The notes: generated by a model from the sequence alone, not told the origin. A stretch of 64,000 nt of DNA from an uncultured Gammaproteobacteria bacterium (GCA_964648865.1 CAZYLV010000002.1:79272-143271); one strand, 5' to 3'; counted from the stretch's first letter, positions 49,757 to 59,825 are shown. A program made the numbers and translations.

Positions 49757-49851
49757 GCATCGCGTCCCGTACGGTGACATGACAAGGCCTTCACGGACGT
49801 GTCGACCGCGGGCGTCGCAGAGCGGCGCCTTCTTTCTTTCTTGTGAGCGGC

Positions 49852-49902
49852 GCTTCCGTCTTTCCAGGACGGCGCGGATGCGCTAGGGTCGGCCCGGAGG
49901 TG
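49852..49902 (+). repeat. 51-bp promoter+RBS direct repeat, copy 2
   Basis: Identical to copy 1 except one T/C difference. Confidence 0.9.
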
Positions 49903-49904
49903 TG

Positions 49905-50549
49905 ATGGAACAACCGGAACCGTTCCGTACGGTCCAGGGCCGGTGCGCCGTGGTGCTCGGGGAGCTGGCGCCGCGCGTCTCGATGGCCGCGGTCGCCGCG
50001 GCGCTCGCGGAGCATGGCTGCAGGATCCTGGAAGGGGAAGAGGCGACCGATCCCGTCGCCGAGGCGCGTGCGCTCCTGGGGCGGGCGACCTACCGGCGCG
50101 GCGCCAGGATGCGCGAGGCGCCCGAGACGGTGGACTGCTCATCGCTCGTCAAGTGGAGCTTCGGGCGCTGCGGCATCTCCTTGCCGCGCTTGAGCGTCCA
50201 GCAACGCCGCTGCGGCCGCCCGGTGCCGCCGGCCGCGCTCCGCGCCGGCGACCTGCTGTTCACGACCGGAGGGCGCAACTGGTACGAGCACGACCCCGCG
50301 GACGGCGTGGGCCACGTGTACCTCGCCACCGGCGCGGGCACGCTCCTGCACGCCGACCGCCGCGACAGGACGGTGGTCGAGGAACCGCTCGAGGAGGTCT
50401 TCGGGCGCTGCCCGGAGCGGCAGCTGCGTGGGTGCCGGCGCATCCTGCCGGACCGTCCCTGGCGCACGCTGGAGATCCCGGCCGAGCTGGAGATCGAGAG
50501 CGCCGACCATCTGCGCTGGAAGGTCCTGGCCTGGACCTGGCGAGGCTGA
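49905..50549 (+). CDS. NlpC/P60 family cysteine peptidase without signal peptide
   Basis: Y..G.....DCSSLV, LPR.S.QQ, L.AGDLLF, GHVYL, LHA. Confidence 0.85.
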   Translation: MEQPEPFRTVQGRCAVVLGELAPRVSMAAVAAALAEHGCRILEGEEATDPVAEARALLGRATYRRGARMREAPETVDCSSLVKWSFGRCGISLPRLSVQQRRCGRPVPPAALRAGDLLFTTGGRNWYEHDPADGVGHVYLATGAGTLLHADRRDRTVVEEPLEEVFGRCPERQLRGCRRILPDRPWRTLEIPAELEIESADHLRWKVLAWTWRG

Positions 50550-50600
50550 GCCATGCTCGGCCTTTTTTCTTTTCCCGCGGCGACGTACCCTCAGAGGGCT

Positions 50601-51821
50601 ATGGCCGACCTCTTCGACCACAAATTGCGGAAGGAAACGGCCAGGACCGCGCCGCTGGCCGACCGCATGCGGCCGCAGTCGCTCGACGAGTTCGTCGGCC
50701 AGGAGCAGCTGGTCGGCGAGGGCGCCCCCATCCGTACGCTCATCGAGGCCGACGAGACGCCGTCGTTGCTGCTGTGGGGTCCGCCCGGATCGGGCAAGAC
50801 CACCCTGGCGCGCATCGTCGCCAAGATGACGCGCTCGACCTTCGTGCCGCTCTCGGCCGTGTCCTCGGGCATCGCCGACCTCAAGAAGGTCGTGGCCGAG
50901 GCCCAGGAGCGGCGCAAGCTCTTCGGGCTGCGGACCATCGTCTTCGTGGACGAGATCCACCGCTGGAACAAGGCCCAACAGGACGCGCTCCTGCCGCATG
51001 TCGAGGACGGCACGGTCACCCTCATCGGCGCGACCACCGAGAATCCCAGTTTCTCCGTGAACGCCGCCTTGCTCTCGCGTTGCCGTGTCTTCCTGCTGGA
51101 GATGCTGCGCACGGAGGACATCACGCGGCTGCTGCGGCGCGCCGTGGCCGACGCCGAGCGTGGCATCGGCGGTTGGGGCGTGGGCTTCACGGACGAGGCG
51201 CTCGCGTACCTGGCCGCCATCGCCAGCGGCGACGCCCGCAATGCCTTGTCGATGCTGGAGATCGCCGCATCCGCGGCCCGCAAGAAGCGGGGAGCGGGCG
51301 TGGTAGAATTGGACAAGGCCGCGGTCTCGGCTGCCGTGCAGAAGCGCCACCTCCTCTACGACAAGACCGGAGAGGAGCACTACAACATCATCTCCGCGCT
51401 GCATAAGACGATGCGCGCCTCGGACGCGGACGCCGCGCTCTACTGGCTCGGGCGGATGCTCGAGGCGGGGGAGGACCCGCTCTACGTGGCGCGTCGGCTG
51501 ATCCGCTTCGCCTCCGAGGACATCGGGCTGGCCGATCCGCAGGCGCTGGTCCAGGCCGTCGCGGCCTACGAGGCGAGCCGCAACATCGGCATGCCGGAGT
51601 GCACCGTGGTGCTCGCGCAATGCGTGGCGTACCTGGCCCGCGCGCCCAAGAGCCGCGCCGTGGACAGCGCCTACGCCGCCGTGAAGCGCGACATCGCCGA
51701 GCAGCCCAACGACCCGGTGCCGCTCCACCTGCGGAACGTCGAGCCCATCGGCCTGCAGGGCGAGAAGGAACGGCAATCGAACCTGCCCGAGAGGCTGAAG
51801 CACAGGAAATACCTGCAATGA
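50601..51821 (+). CDS. rarA: replication-associated recombination protein A (MgsA/RarA AAA+ ATPase)
   Basis: PLADRMRP, WGPPGSGKTT, VDEIHR.NKAQQD, GATTENP, HYNIISALHK, ASEDIGLADP. Confidence 0.95.
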   Translation: MADLFDHKLRKETARTAPLADRMRPQSLDEFVGQEQLVGEGAPIRTLIEADETPSLLLWGPPGSGKTTLARIVAKMTRSTFVPLSAVSSGIADLKKVVAEAQERRKLFGLRTIVFVDEIHRWNKAQQDALLPHVEDGTVTLIGATTENPSFSVNAALLSRCRVFLLEMLRTEDITRLLRRAVADAERGIGGWGVGFTDEALAYLAAIASGDARNALSMLEIAASAARKKRGAGVVELDKAAVSAAVQKRHLLYDKTGEEHYNIISALHKTMRASDADAALYWLGRMLEAGEDPLYVARRLIRFASEDIGLADPQALVQAVAAYEASRNIGMPECTVVLAQCVAYLARAPKSRAVDSAYAAVKRDIAEQPNDPVPLHLRNVEPIGLQGEKERQSNLPERLKHRKYLQ

Positions 51822-53050
51822 AGAAGATCGTCGTCACCATTTCCGCGCTGGCCGCGACCGGCGCGCTCGCCGCCATCCTGCTGGCGCTGGGAATCACCAG
51901 CCCGGAGTTCGTGCTGGCGCGGGCGGCCAAGCGCGCGGCCGCGCTCCGGAGCGTGCGCGTGGAGGGCACGGTGACCGGCATCTACTCCACGTACTTCGAT
52001 GCCAGCTACCGTACGCACATCACGCCGCACCCGGAGACGGACGCCGAGGTCCTGGCGTTCATGGATCCCGGCGCCCGCTTGACGTTCCGGATGGACGCGG
52101 CCGGGGATCTCCTCACTCCGGATGTCGACGCTGAGGCCGTGAGCGGCGGACCCAAGCACGGGCCGATGCGCCTGCGTCTGCGGCGGGTGCTGCTCAAGAG
52201 CTTCGTCCGGTACGACGATGTGCCGACCGCGGATCGGCGCGGCCAGCCCGGCTATGTCGGCCAGTGGTTCTCCGTCGAACCGTTCCTGCTCGTCTCCTGG
52301 TTCAGCGGCAACGAGCCGCGCGTCTACATCCCGGCGCAGGATGAGGCGATCCGCACGGCATTCGGCCGGAATCGCATCTTCCAGCCCGACGGCCCCATGG
52401 CCACGCGTACCGTCGCTGGGCGGGAGGCCTGGGTCGTGCCGGTGCGCATCTCCGCCGAGGGGGTCGCGGCATTCCGGACGGCGGTCGCCGACGTTGCGGC
52501 GCAGGGCGACCCCGGTGCCGGCGACCTGGTCGGTGAGGTCCGTCATTTTCCGCGACTCGAGGATGCCGCCTGGCACGGGACGCTGACGGTGGACAAGCGC
52601 AGCTTCGACCTGCTCGCCGTGGCCCTGACCAATGTCCCGACGGACGCCTCACCCGGGCCGCAGGCCGCGACCCTGGCCTTGGCGTTCTCCAAGCACGATG
52701 AGCCGGTCGAGATCCTCATGCCGGAGAACGCCCGGCCCGTCGGCGCCCTCGACCCGCTCACACCACCCGCATTGGCTTCCGCCGGAACCGCGACGTCGAC
52801 GCCATCTGGTTCGGGTGCGGAAACCGCGCCCCTCCAGCCCGCAGCGGCGACCACCTCGACCCCGCAGACAGACGACACCGACGGCGACGGGCTGACCGAC
52901 GTGCTCGAGAATTTCTACGGCTCGGACCCGCGCAACCCGGACACCGACGGCGACGGCCGCGGCGACGGTGCCGAGGTCGAGGCCGGGGACGACCCGGCCG
53001 GCCCAGGCAAGCTCTTCCAGTTCGGTGCCGGAGCCACATCGACCCGCTAG
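51818..53050 (+). CDS. membrane-anchored hypothetical protein with C-terminal Ca-binding TSP3-like repeats
   Basis: N-terminal TM, T/S/P linker, DTDGDGLTD..E...GSDP..PDTDGDG..DG.EV..G.DP. Confidence 0.72.
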   Translation: MKKIVVTISALAATGALAAILLALGITSPEFVLARAAKRAAALRSVRVEGTVTGIYSTYFDASYRTHITPHPETDAEVLAFMDPGARLTFRMDAAGDLLTPDVDAEAVSGGPKHGPMRLRLRRVLLKSFVRYDDVPTADRRGQPGYVGQWFSVEPFLLVSWFSGNEPRVYIPAQDEAIRTAFGRNRIFQPDGPMATRTVAGREAWVVPVRISAEGVAAFRTAVADVAAQGDPGAGDLVGEVRHFPRLEDAAWHGTLTVDKRSFDLLAVALTNVPTDASPGPQAATLALAFSKHDEPVEILMPENARPVGALDPLTPPALASAGTATSTPSGSGAETAPLQPAAATTSTPQTDDTDGDGLTDVLENFYGSDPRNPDTDGDGRGDGAEVEAGDDPAGPGKLFQFGAGATSTR

Positions 53051-53051
53051 C

Positions 53052-54821
53052 ATGCTGCCGCGCGCCCGCCAACGCACCGACCGTGCCTCCATCCGCTCCC
53101 GCAAGGGACGCGGGCCGCTGTCGCGGTTCCTGCTGTTCCGGTACCTGCTCGGCGGCGTCGCGGCCTTCCTGGTGCTGCGGATGTCGGTGCTCCAGGTCAT
53201 CGAGAACGATTTCTACGAGGCGCTGGCCTCGGGCCAGCACGAGTTCTTCCAGCAGCTCTTCCCGGAGCGCGGCGACATCCTGCTGCGCGACCGCTTTGAG
53301 GAGAAGTACTACCCGGCGGCCACCAACCAGCAGCTGACCCTGATCTTCGCCGACACCCGTAGGGTCGAGGATCCGCGCACGGCAGCCGAGGCGCTGGCGC
53401 CGCTCGTCGGCCGCCCGCCGGAGGAGCTCCTGCCCATCCTCTCCAAGCCCGACGATCCCTACGAGCCGCTGCTGCATTACGCCTCGGACGCGCTGGTTGA
53501 GCAGGTGCGGGCGTTGGCGCTGCCGGGCATCGCCTTCGCTCCGGAGAAGGCGCGCGTCTACCCGGAGGCCGGGCTCGGCGGTCACCTGCTCGGCTTCCTC
53601 GGCTGGGACGAGACCGGCGCGCGCAAGGGCCGCTACGGCCTGGAAGGGAAGTGGGACGCCGAGCTGGCCGGGAGCGTCGGCACGCTCAAGGCGGAGAAGG
53701 ACGTCGCCGGGCGCTGGATCGCGGTCACCGACCGCGAGTTCACGCCGGCCCAGGACGGCAGCACGCTGGTGCTCACCCTGGACCGCACCGTCCAGTACTT
53801 CGCCTGCCAGAAGATCCGCGAGGCCGTGCGCCGTCATGGCGCCGCGAGCGGGCAGCTCATCGTCATGGACCCCAAGACCGGCGCCATCCTGGCGATGTGC
53901 TCGGAGCCCGACTACGACCCCAACACCTACAATCAGGTGACCGACATCCGGGTCTTCGCCAACCCCACGGTCTCGGACGCGTGGGAGCCGGGCTCCATCA
54001 TGAAGCCCATCACCATGGCCGCGGCCATCAACGAGGGCGCGCTCGGCCCGCGCTCCACCTACACGGATGAGGGCTCCGTGAAGTTCGGACCGTTCACCAT
54101 CAAGAACAGCGACGGCAAGGCCCACGGCGTCGTCGACATGACCACGGTGCTCGAGGAGTCGCTCAACACCGGCGCCATCTACGCGCAGGAGCGCGTCGGG
54201 ATCGAGCGCTTCCGCGACTACCTCAAGAACTTCGGCTTCGGGGAGAGGACGGACGTCGGGCTGACCGGAGAGGCCGCGGGCGACCTGACCTCGCTGGATC
54301 GGCGCGGGCAGATCTATGCGGCCACGGCATCCTACGGCCAGGGCATCGCCGTGACGCCCATCCAGATGCTCCAGGCCTGGGGCGCGTTGGCCAACGGCGG
54401 CACCATGATGCGGCCGACGATCGTCGCCGAGATCCGCAGGCCGGACGGCACGGTGGAGCCGGTGCGGCCGACGCCCGTGCGGCAGGTGGTCTCGGAGCGT
54501 ACGGCCACGCTGCTGGGCGGCATGCTGGTGTCCGTGGTCGAGAACGGCCACGGCAAGAAGGCCGCCGTCCCCGGCTACCGGGTGGCCGGCAAGACGGGCA
54601 CCGCGCAGATCGCCCGCGCCGACGGACCAGGCTACGAGACCGACGCCACCATCGGCTCCTTCGTGGGTTACGCGCCGGTGGACGACCCCAAGTTCGTCAT
54701 GCTGGTGCGCATCGACCGCCCGCAGACCACGTCCTTCGCCGAGGCCACGGCCGCGCCGGTCTTCGGGGAGATGGCGGCGTTCCTCCTGCAGTACTTCGGC
54801 GTGCCTCCGGGGCGGCGGTAG
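53052..54821 (+). CDS. class B penicillin-binding protein (FtsI/PBP2-like)
   Basis: RGDILLRD, R.YP, G..GLE, EPGSIMK (SxxK), SLN (SxN), KTGTAQ. Confidence 0.93.
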   Translation: MLPRARQRTDRASIRSRKGRGPLSRFLLFRYLLGGVAAFLVLRMSVLQVIENDFYEALASGQHEFFQQLFPERGDILLRDRFEEKYYPAATNQQLTLIFADTRRVEDPRTAAEALAPLVGRPPEELLPILSKPDDPYEPLLHYASDALVEQVRALALPGIAFAPEKARVYPEAGLGGHLLGFLGWDETGARKGRYGLEGKWDAELAGSVGTLKAEKDVAGRWIAVTDREFTPAQDGSTLVLTLDRTVQYFACQKIREAVRRHGAASGQLIVMDPKTGAILAMCSEPDYDPNTYNQVTDIRVFANPTVSDAWEPGSIMKPITMAAAINEGALGPRSTYTDEGSVKFGPFTIKNSDGKAHGVVDMTTVLEESLNTGAIYAQERVGIERFRDYLKNFGFGERTDVGLTGEAAGDLTSLDRRGQIYAATASYGQGIAVTPIQMLQAWGALANGGTMMRPTIVAEIRRPDGTVEPVRPTPVRQVVSERTATLLGGMLVSVVENGHGKKAAVPGYRVAGKTGTAQIARADGPGYETDATIGSFVGYAPVDDPKFVMLVRIDRPQTTSFAEATAAPVFGEMAAFLLQYFGVPPGRR

Positions 54822-54835
54822 GGTAGAATGGGCGC

Positions 54836-56131
54836 ATGAGGTCCTTCGTCGCATCCGTCATCGCGGTCTTGGCACGACGCATCCTGGCCAAGTATCGGCC
54901 CACGGTCGTGGGCGTCACCGGGTCGGTCGGCAAGACGGCCACCAAGGACGCCGTCTTCGCCGTGCTTTCCAAACGGTTCCGGGTACGCCGCAGCCGCAAG
55001 AACTACAACACGGAGTTCGGCGTGCCGCTCACGGTCATCGGGCTGGAGTCGCCGGGCAAGAACCCGCTCGGTTGGCTCCTGGTGCTGCTGCGCGGAGCGG
55101 GGCTCCTGCTGTTCCGTGAGGAGTATCCCGAAGTGCTGGTCTTGGAGCTGGGCGTCGATCGGCCGGGCGACATGGCCCGGCATCTGGGCGTGGCGGCGCC
55201 CACCATCGGCGTGCTCACGGCCATCTCGCCGGCGCATCTCCAGAACTTCGCTTCCTTCGAGGATTATGCCGCGGAAAAGGAACAGCTCATCACCGCGTTG
55301 CCGGAGGACGGACTGGCCGTGCTCAACGCCGACGTCCCGCGCGCCGTCGCCGCGCGCGCGCGGGCCCGTTGCCCCGTGGTGGCCTACGGTCTGGCGCCCG
55401 ACGCCGACCTGCGGGCGCTCGCCCTCCAACCGAGCATGTCGCGGCCGCGGGGCGAAGAGGGGATCGCCGTGGCCGGCATGGACATGAAGGTCGCGTGGAA
55501 GGGCCAGCTCGTGCCGGTGACGCTGCGCGAGGCCATCGCGCCCGCTGCGGCGCAGGCGGCGCTCGCCGCCGTGGCCGTGGGCATGCGGATGGGCCTCAAC
55601 CTGCTGGAATGCGTCGAGGGGTTGGCCGCCTTCACGCCGCCGCCCGGCCGCATGCGCGTCCTCCCCGGCATCAAGTACACGACGCTCATCGACGACACCT
55701 ACAACTCCTCGCCGCTGGCCGCGGACCACGCCCTCCGCACGCTGCGCGCCATCGAGCTCGACGAGGACGACCGCCGCATCGCCGTCCTGGGCGACATGCT
55801 CGAGCTCGGGTCCGACAGCGAGCGGCTGCACCGCGAGGTCGGCGCGCTGGCCGCGCAGCTCGGCTTGGACATGCTCGTGACCGTCGGCGAGCGTTCGCGG
55901 GACGCCATCCGCGCGGCCCGCGAGGCCGGCTTCCCGGAGTCGCATCTGCTGGCCTTCTCGACGCCGGAGGAGGCCGGCCGCTACCTCCAGGGCATCATCA
56001 AGATCGGCGACGTGCTGCTCATGAAGGGTTCCCAGGGCGCACGCATGGAGAAGGTCGTCCGGGAGCTGATGGCCGAACCGCTCCGGGCACCCCAATTATT
56101 GGTGCGTCAGGAACCGCCCTGGGTGACCTGA
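54836..56131 (+). CDS. murF: UDP-N-acetylmuramoyl-tripeptide--D-Ala-D-Ala ligase
   Basis: VTGSVGKTATKD, YNTEFGVPLT, LELG, DDTYNSSP, LGDMLELG, KGSQG.RME. Confidence 0.93.
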   Translation: MRSFVASVIAVLARRILAKYRPTVVGVTGSVGKTATKDAVFAVLSKRFRVRRSRKNYNTEFGVPLTVIGLESPGKNPLGWLLVLLRGAGLLLFREEYPEVLVLELGVDRPGDMARHLGVAAPTIGVLTAISPAHLQNFASFEDYAAEKEQLITALPEDGLAVLNADVPRAVAARARARCPVVAYGLAPDADLRALALQPSMSRPRGEEGIAVAGMDMKVAWKGQLVPVTLREAIAPAAAQAALAAVAVGMRMGLNLLECVEGLAAFTPPPGRMRVLPGIKYTTLIDDTYNSSPLAADHALRTLRAIELDEDDRRIAVLGDMLELGSDSERLHREVGALAAQLGLDMLVTVGERSRDAIRAAREAGFPESHLLAFSTPEEAGRYLQGIIKIGDVLLMKGSQGARMEKVVRELMAEPLRAPQLLVRQEPPWVT

Positions 56132-56325
56132 GTGCAACGGAACCTGAGGATTTCCGTATATCCAGCCGGTGGGCGACCACCGGCGTTCGCGTCCAGGCCT
56201 GTCGATGACCGGCTTGACAGAACGCCAAAAACCGCGTATCTTTCGCGGTTCCGTGGGGTGGGCGTTCGGGAAGGTCCCGGCGCCTGCGTCTCCACGGATG
56301 CTCCTACGACAGCAGAGGAGGACAC

Positions 56326-57900
56326 GTGTCCTCGAGCAAGACCAACGGCAGTCACCTCAAGCTCGTCAGCGACGGGCCGGAGGAGGACGTGGATGGCTTG
56401 GTGGGCAAGACGCTCACCAAGAACTATACGGTCCTCGCGAAGCTGGGGCAGGGCGGCATGGGCGCGGTCTACAAGGCCAAGCACCATACGCTCCGCACCC
56501 AGGTGGCCATCAAGGTCCTCAGGGCCGGGATGGGCAAGCTGGCCGCCGAGCGCTTCATCTACGAGGCGCGGACGGTGGCTCAGGTCAAGTCTCCGCACAT
56601 CGTGCAGGTGATGGACTTCTTCCAGGACGATGACGAGCGCTACTGCCTCGTCATGGAGCTGGTCGAGGGCATCGACCTCGGCGAGGTCGTCGAGCGCGAG
56701 GGGCCGCTCCCGGTGGAGCGGGTGGTGGCCGTGGTCCAGCAGATGGCGTGGGCGCTCGCCGCCGCGCACAAGCTGGGCATCGTCCACCGCGACCTCAAGC
56801 CGGAGAACGTCATGGTCACGGACGTCGGCGGCAGCGACTTCGTCAAGATCATGGACTTCGGCATCGCCGCGGTGACGGACCCCGAGACGCGCGAGCGCCT
56901 CGACCGTCGCCAGATGACGCTCTCCATGGGCGGCATCGTCGGCACGCCGGAGTACATGGCGCCGGAGCAGGTGGCCGGCGATCCGCCGGACGCGCGGACC
57001 GACATCTACGCGCTCGGCGTGGTCACCTACTTCCTGCTCACCGGCAGCATGCCGATCGCGCAGGTCGAGGGCGGAAGCGTCGCCGGATTGCTGACGCGCA
57101 TCCTGCACGAGCAGCCGACGCCGATCGGGCAGCACATGCCCGAGCTGGCGCCGCTCTGGCTGCCGCTCTCCAAGGCGCTCGCCAAGGACCGGGCCGACCG
57201 CTATGCGGACGTCCAGGCCTTCGCCGACGCGCTCATCGAGGCGGCCGGCCTGCCGGCACGGCCCTCCCGCGTCAGCGGGCAGCACCAGGCGATCGGCGCC
57301 GCGGCCCATGCCCCGACGCTGGACGCCACCGGCACCCGCCGCGCCGTGGACACCGCGGCACCGACGCGCGACGCGCCCCAGGCCGCGGCCGCCCCTCCCA
57401 TGCGGAAGGAGCCGTCGGCCTTGCCGCTCATCGCCGGGCTCGGCGTGTTGCTGGCCGTCTGCGTCGGGCTGGCGTACGCGATCACGCTGCGCGGCGGCAC
57501 GGTCACGGAGCCCGCGCTCGAGGGGTCGGCGGCGGAGACGTCGCCCCTTCCCGAGCCGGAGCCCCGGCCGCGCGTCGAGCGCGTCGCGGCGCCCCGGCCG
57601 GAACCGCGTGAGCCGCCGCGCGTCGAGCGGGTCGTCGCACCGCCGCCCCGCGTCGTCGAGACGCGGCCGGAGCCGAGCACGGCTCGGCCGGAGCCGGCAC
57701 CCCCGCCGCGCATGGAGACGTCGACGGCGCTCAGCGCGGACGAGGAGACGCTGCTGCAGCGGGCGTGTGGCGAGCGAGGCAATCCCGCGCGGTGCAGGAG
57801 CGCGGTCCGCGACCATTGCCCTGCCTGCGACGAGGAGCAGCCGCTGCGCTGCCGGCTGGCCCGCGTCCGCGCGGGACTGGCCTGCCCCGGCGGCAGGTGA
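56326..57900 (+). CDS. Hanks-type Ser/Thr protein kinase with TM helix, Pro/Glu-rich linker and 6-Cys C-terminal domain
   Basis: GQGGMG, VAIK, HRDLKPEN, DFG, GTPEYMAPE, DIYALG; TTGACA-17-TATCTT promoter at 56214-56242; GAGGAGG SD. Confidence 0.92.
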   Translation: MSSSKTNGSHLKLVSDGPEEDVDGLVGKTLTKNYTVLAKLGQGGMGAVYKAKHHTLRTQVAIKVLRAGMGKLAAERFIYEARTVAQVKSPHIVQVMDFFQDDDERYCLVMELVEGIDLGEVVEREGPLPVERVVAVVQQMAWALAAAHKLGIVHRDLKPENVMVTDVGGSDFVKIMDFGIAAVTDPETRERLDRRQMTLSMGGIVGTPEYMAPEQVAGDPPDARTDIYALGVVTYFLLTGSMPIAQVEGGSVAGLLTRILHEQPTPIGQHMPELAPLWLPLSKALAKDRADRYADVQAFADALIEAAGLPARPSRVSGQHQAIGAAAHAPTLDATGTRRAVDTAAPTRDAPQAAAAPPMRKEPSALPLIAGLGVLLAVCVGLAYAITLRGGTVTEPALEGSAAETSPLPEPEPRPRVERVAAPRPEPREPPRVERVVAPPPRVVETRPEPSTARPEPAPPPRMETSTALSADEETLLQRACGERGNPARCRSAVRDHCPACDEEQPLRCRLARVRAGLACPGGR

Positions 57901-58040
57901 CGGACGGTTCTGGAAGGTCAGCGGACCTTCCGGACCCATCCGTTATTCTTTTTGTCCCGATGCTTGACGGCCCCGGAAAAGCATGCAAGGTTGGTGCAGG
58001 TCCCGCCACATCCACCCGGCGGAGAAAGGACATTCACATC

Positions 58041-59735
58041 ATGGCACGCAGCGTCCCTCCGCCGGCCATGGAGCCGGGGAAGGATCCCTATCTCGGCGCG
58101 GTCCTCGCGCGGCGCGACGGCGAACCCGTCATCATCCTCGAACGCCACATCGGCGGCGGGGGGATGAGCGTGGTCTACGCCACCAAGGCCCTGCCCGGGC
58201 ATCCGGCTCGGGCGGTCAAGATGCTCAAGCACGAGCTCCTCAAGTCCGAGGAGGCCCTGGCCCGCTTCGGCCGGGAGGCGCGCATCCTGGAGCGGCTGGG
58301 TGAGCACCAGCACATCCTGCCGGTCATCGAGTACGGCATCGCCAAGGCGACGCCGTTCCAAGGCGAGCCCTACATCGTGATGCCGCTCGTCCGCGGCAAG
58401 ACGGTGGAGGACATGATGGCCGACGCCCGTGACCACGGCGTCCCCGGGCGGTTCCCGCTCGAGTACGCCGTCAAGGTCATCGGCGACGTCTGCAGCGCGC
58501 TCATCGCGGCGCACGAGCACGTCGGCGAGGACGGCCGGGCGCTCCCCATCATCCACCGCGACGTCAAGCCCTCGAACGTCTTCGTCGAGGAGCAGCGCGG
58601 CGCGACGCGGGTCATGCTCGCGGACTTCGGGATCGCCCGGTTCTCGGATCCGGCGGTCTTCAAGGCCACGCTGGCCACCGACGTCAACACCATCGTCGGT
58701 ACGCCGTGCTACATGGCGCCCGAGCAGGCCTTGTGCGAGCCGCTGACTCCTGCCGCGGACGTCTACGCGGTCGGGGTGATGGTCTACGAGATGCTCTCCG
58801 GTCGGCTGCCGATCGAGGAGCGCAAGACCGACGACACCGAGAGCCTGCTGCGTCGGATCGTCGTCGAGCCGCCGCGCCCGCTCAAGGACGTCATCCCGAG
58901 CTGCCCGGCGGCGCTCGACGCGCTGGTCATGCGGGCGCTCTGCAAGAGCCCCAAGGACCGGCCCAGCATCCGTGAGTTCCGTGACGGGCTCTCGGCGGCG
59001 ACCGGCGCCCAAGTCAACCGCTCGGTGCGGCCGTCGGCGGAGCATCTGTCGTCGATCGGCGTGCCGCGCCTCGACCTGACGCCTCCCAAGGTGCCGCTCG
59101 ACCTCCCGGCCCTGCCGGCACCGGGATCCAAGCCGCCGACCGTCGGCGTCAAGGGCGTCGGCGTGTCGGCGGACGAGGACGCCGAGACGCGCGAGTGGTC
59201 GCGCGGCGGCGAGGAGGACGGGCCGTCGTCCGGGCGGCTGTCCTTCCTGGTGTTCGCCGTGGTCCTGCTCCTGATGGCCGGCGGCATCGGCCTCATGGCC
59301 CTGAGCGTCGGACGCGGGGAGCACGCCGGCGTGACGCCCGTCGCGCGGCACGAGCGCCCGGACGCCGGCGTGCGTCTCCGGGAGCCTCCCGAGGTACGCC
59401 CGGACGCGGGCACGCCCCTCCTCGTCGAGCCGGCGCCTCCGCGCCCGGTGGCCGTGGTGCCTCGCGCCACGGCGCCGCCCGTCGATCCGGCGCTCGACGA
59501 GCATCATCGGCTCTGTCGGGCCGAGGTCGCCGCGCGTGCGCCGTCGACGGCCTGGCTCGGGCATTGCGCGGCCTACCTGGCCGCGCGGTGCGCGGAGGCC
59601 GACCGTCCGGTGGACTGCGGGCTCATCGAGATCCGCGTCCGCCAGGAGGCCGAGGCGCGCCGCCGCGCCCGCGAACGCCGACGGCGGGAGCGCGAGGAGC
59701 CGGAGCCGGACACGCCGTCCGCGGACGGCGAGTGA
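58041..59735 (+). CDS. Hanks-type Ser/Thr protein kinase with TM helix and 4-Cys C-terminal domain
   Basis: GGGGMS, AVK, HRDVKPSN, DFG, GTPCYMAPE, DVYAVG; GAAAGGA SD. Confidence 0.92.
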   Translation: MARSVPPPAMEPGKDPYLGAVLARRDGEPVIILERHIGGGGMSVVYATKALPGHPARAVKMLKHELLKSEEALARFGREARILERLGEHQHILPVIEYGIAKATPFQGEPYIVMPLVRGKTVEDMMADARDHGVPGRFPLEYAVKVIGDVCSALIAAHEHVGEDGRALPIIHRDVKPSNVFVEEQRGATRVMLADFGIARFSDPAVFKATLATDVNTIVGTPCYMAPEQALCEPLTPAADVYAVGVMVYEMLSGRLPIEERKTDDTESLLRRIVVEPPRPLKDVIPSCPAALDALVMRALCKSPKDRPSIREFRDGLSAATGAQVNRSVRPSAEHLSSIGVPRLDLTPPKVPLDLPALPAPGSKPPTVGVKGVGVSADEDAETREWSRGGEEDGPSSGRLSFLVFAVVLLLMAGGIGLMALSVGRGEHAGVTPVARHERPDAGVRLREPPEVRPDAGTPLLVEPAPPRPVAVVPRATAPPVDPALDEHHRLCRAEVAARAPSTAWLGHCAAYLAARCAEADRPVDCGLIEIRVRQEAEARRRARERRRREREEPEPDTPSADGE

Positions 59736-59742
59736 GACCGGC

Positions 59743-59770
59743 GCGAGCCCCCACCAGGGCTCGCCTTTTT
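59743..59770 (+). terminator. intrinsic terminator after second kinase
   Basis: GCGAGCCC-ccacca-GGGCTCGC-C-TTTTT. Confidence 0.65.
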
Positions 59771-59825
59771 CTTTCCCGACCCTTGCCAGGGGAGGCGGAA
59801 GATGCTATCTTTTCCCTCACATCGC

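Noticed and set aside
49189-49902. Direct repeats as a CRISPR array or integron attC sites
   Set aside because: Only two copies separated by a whole gene; no cas or intI gene; no RYYYAAC/GTTRRRY ends
51700-51821. RarA C-terminus shorter than canonical, possible pseudogene
   Set aside because: All AAA+ and MgsA motifs are intact and the stop overlaps the next ATG; likely a natural short variant
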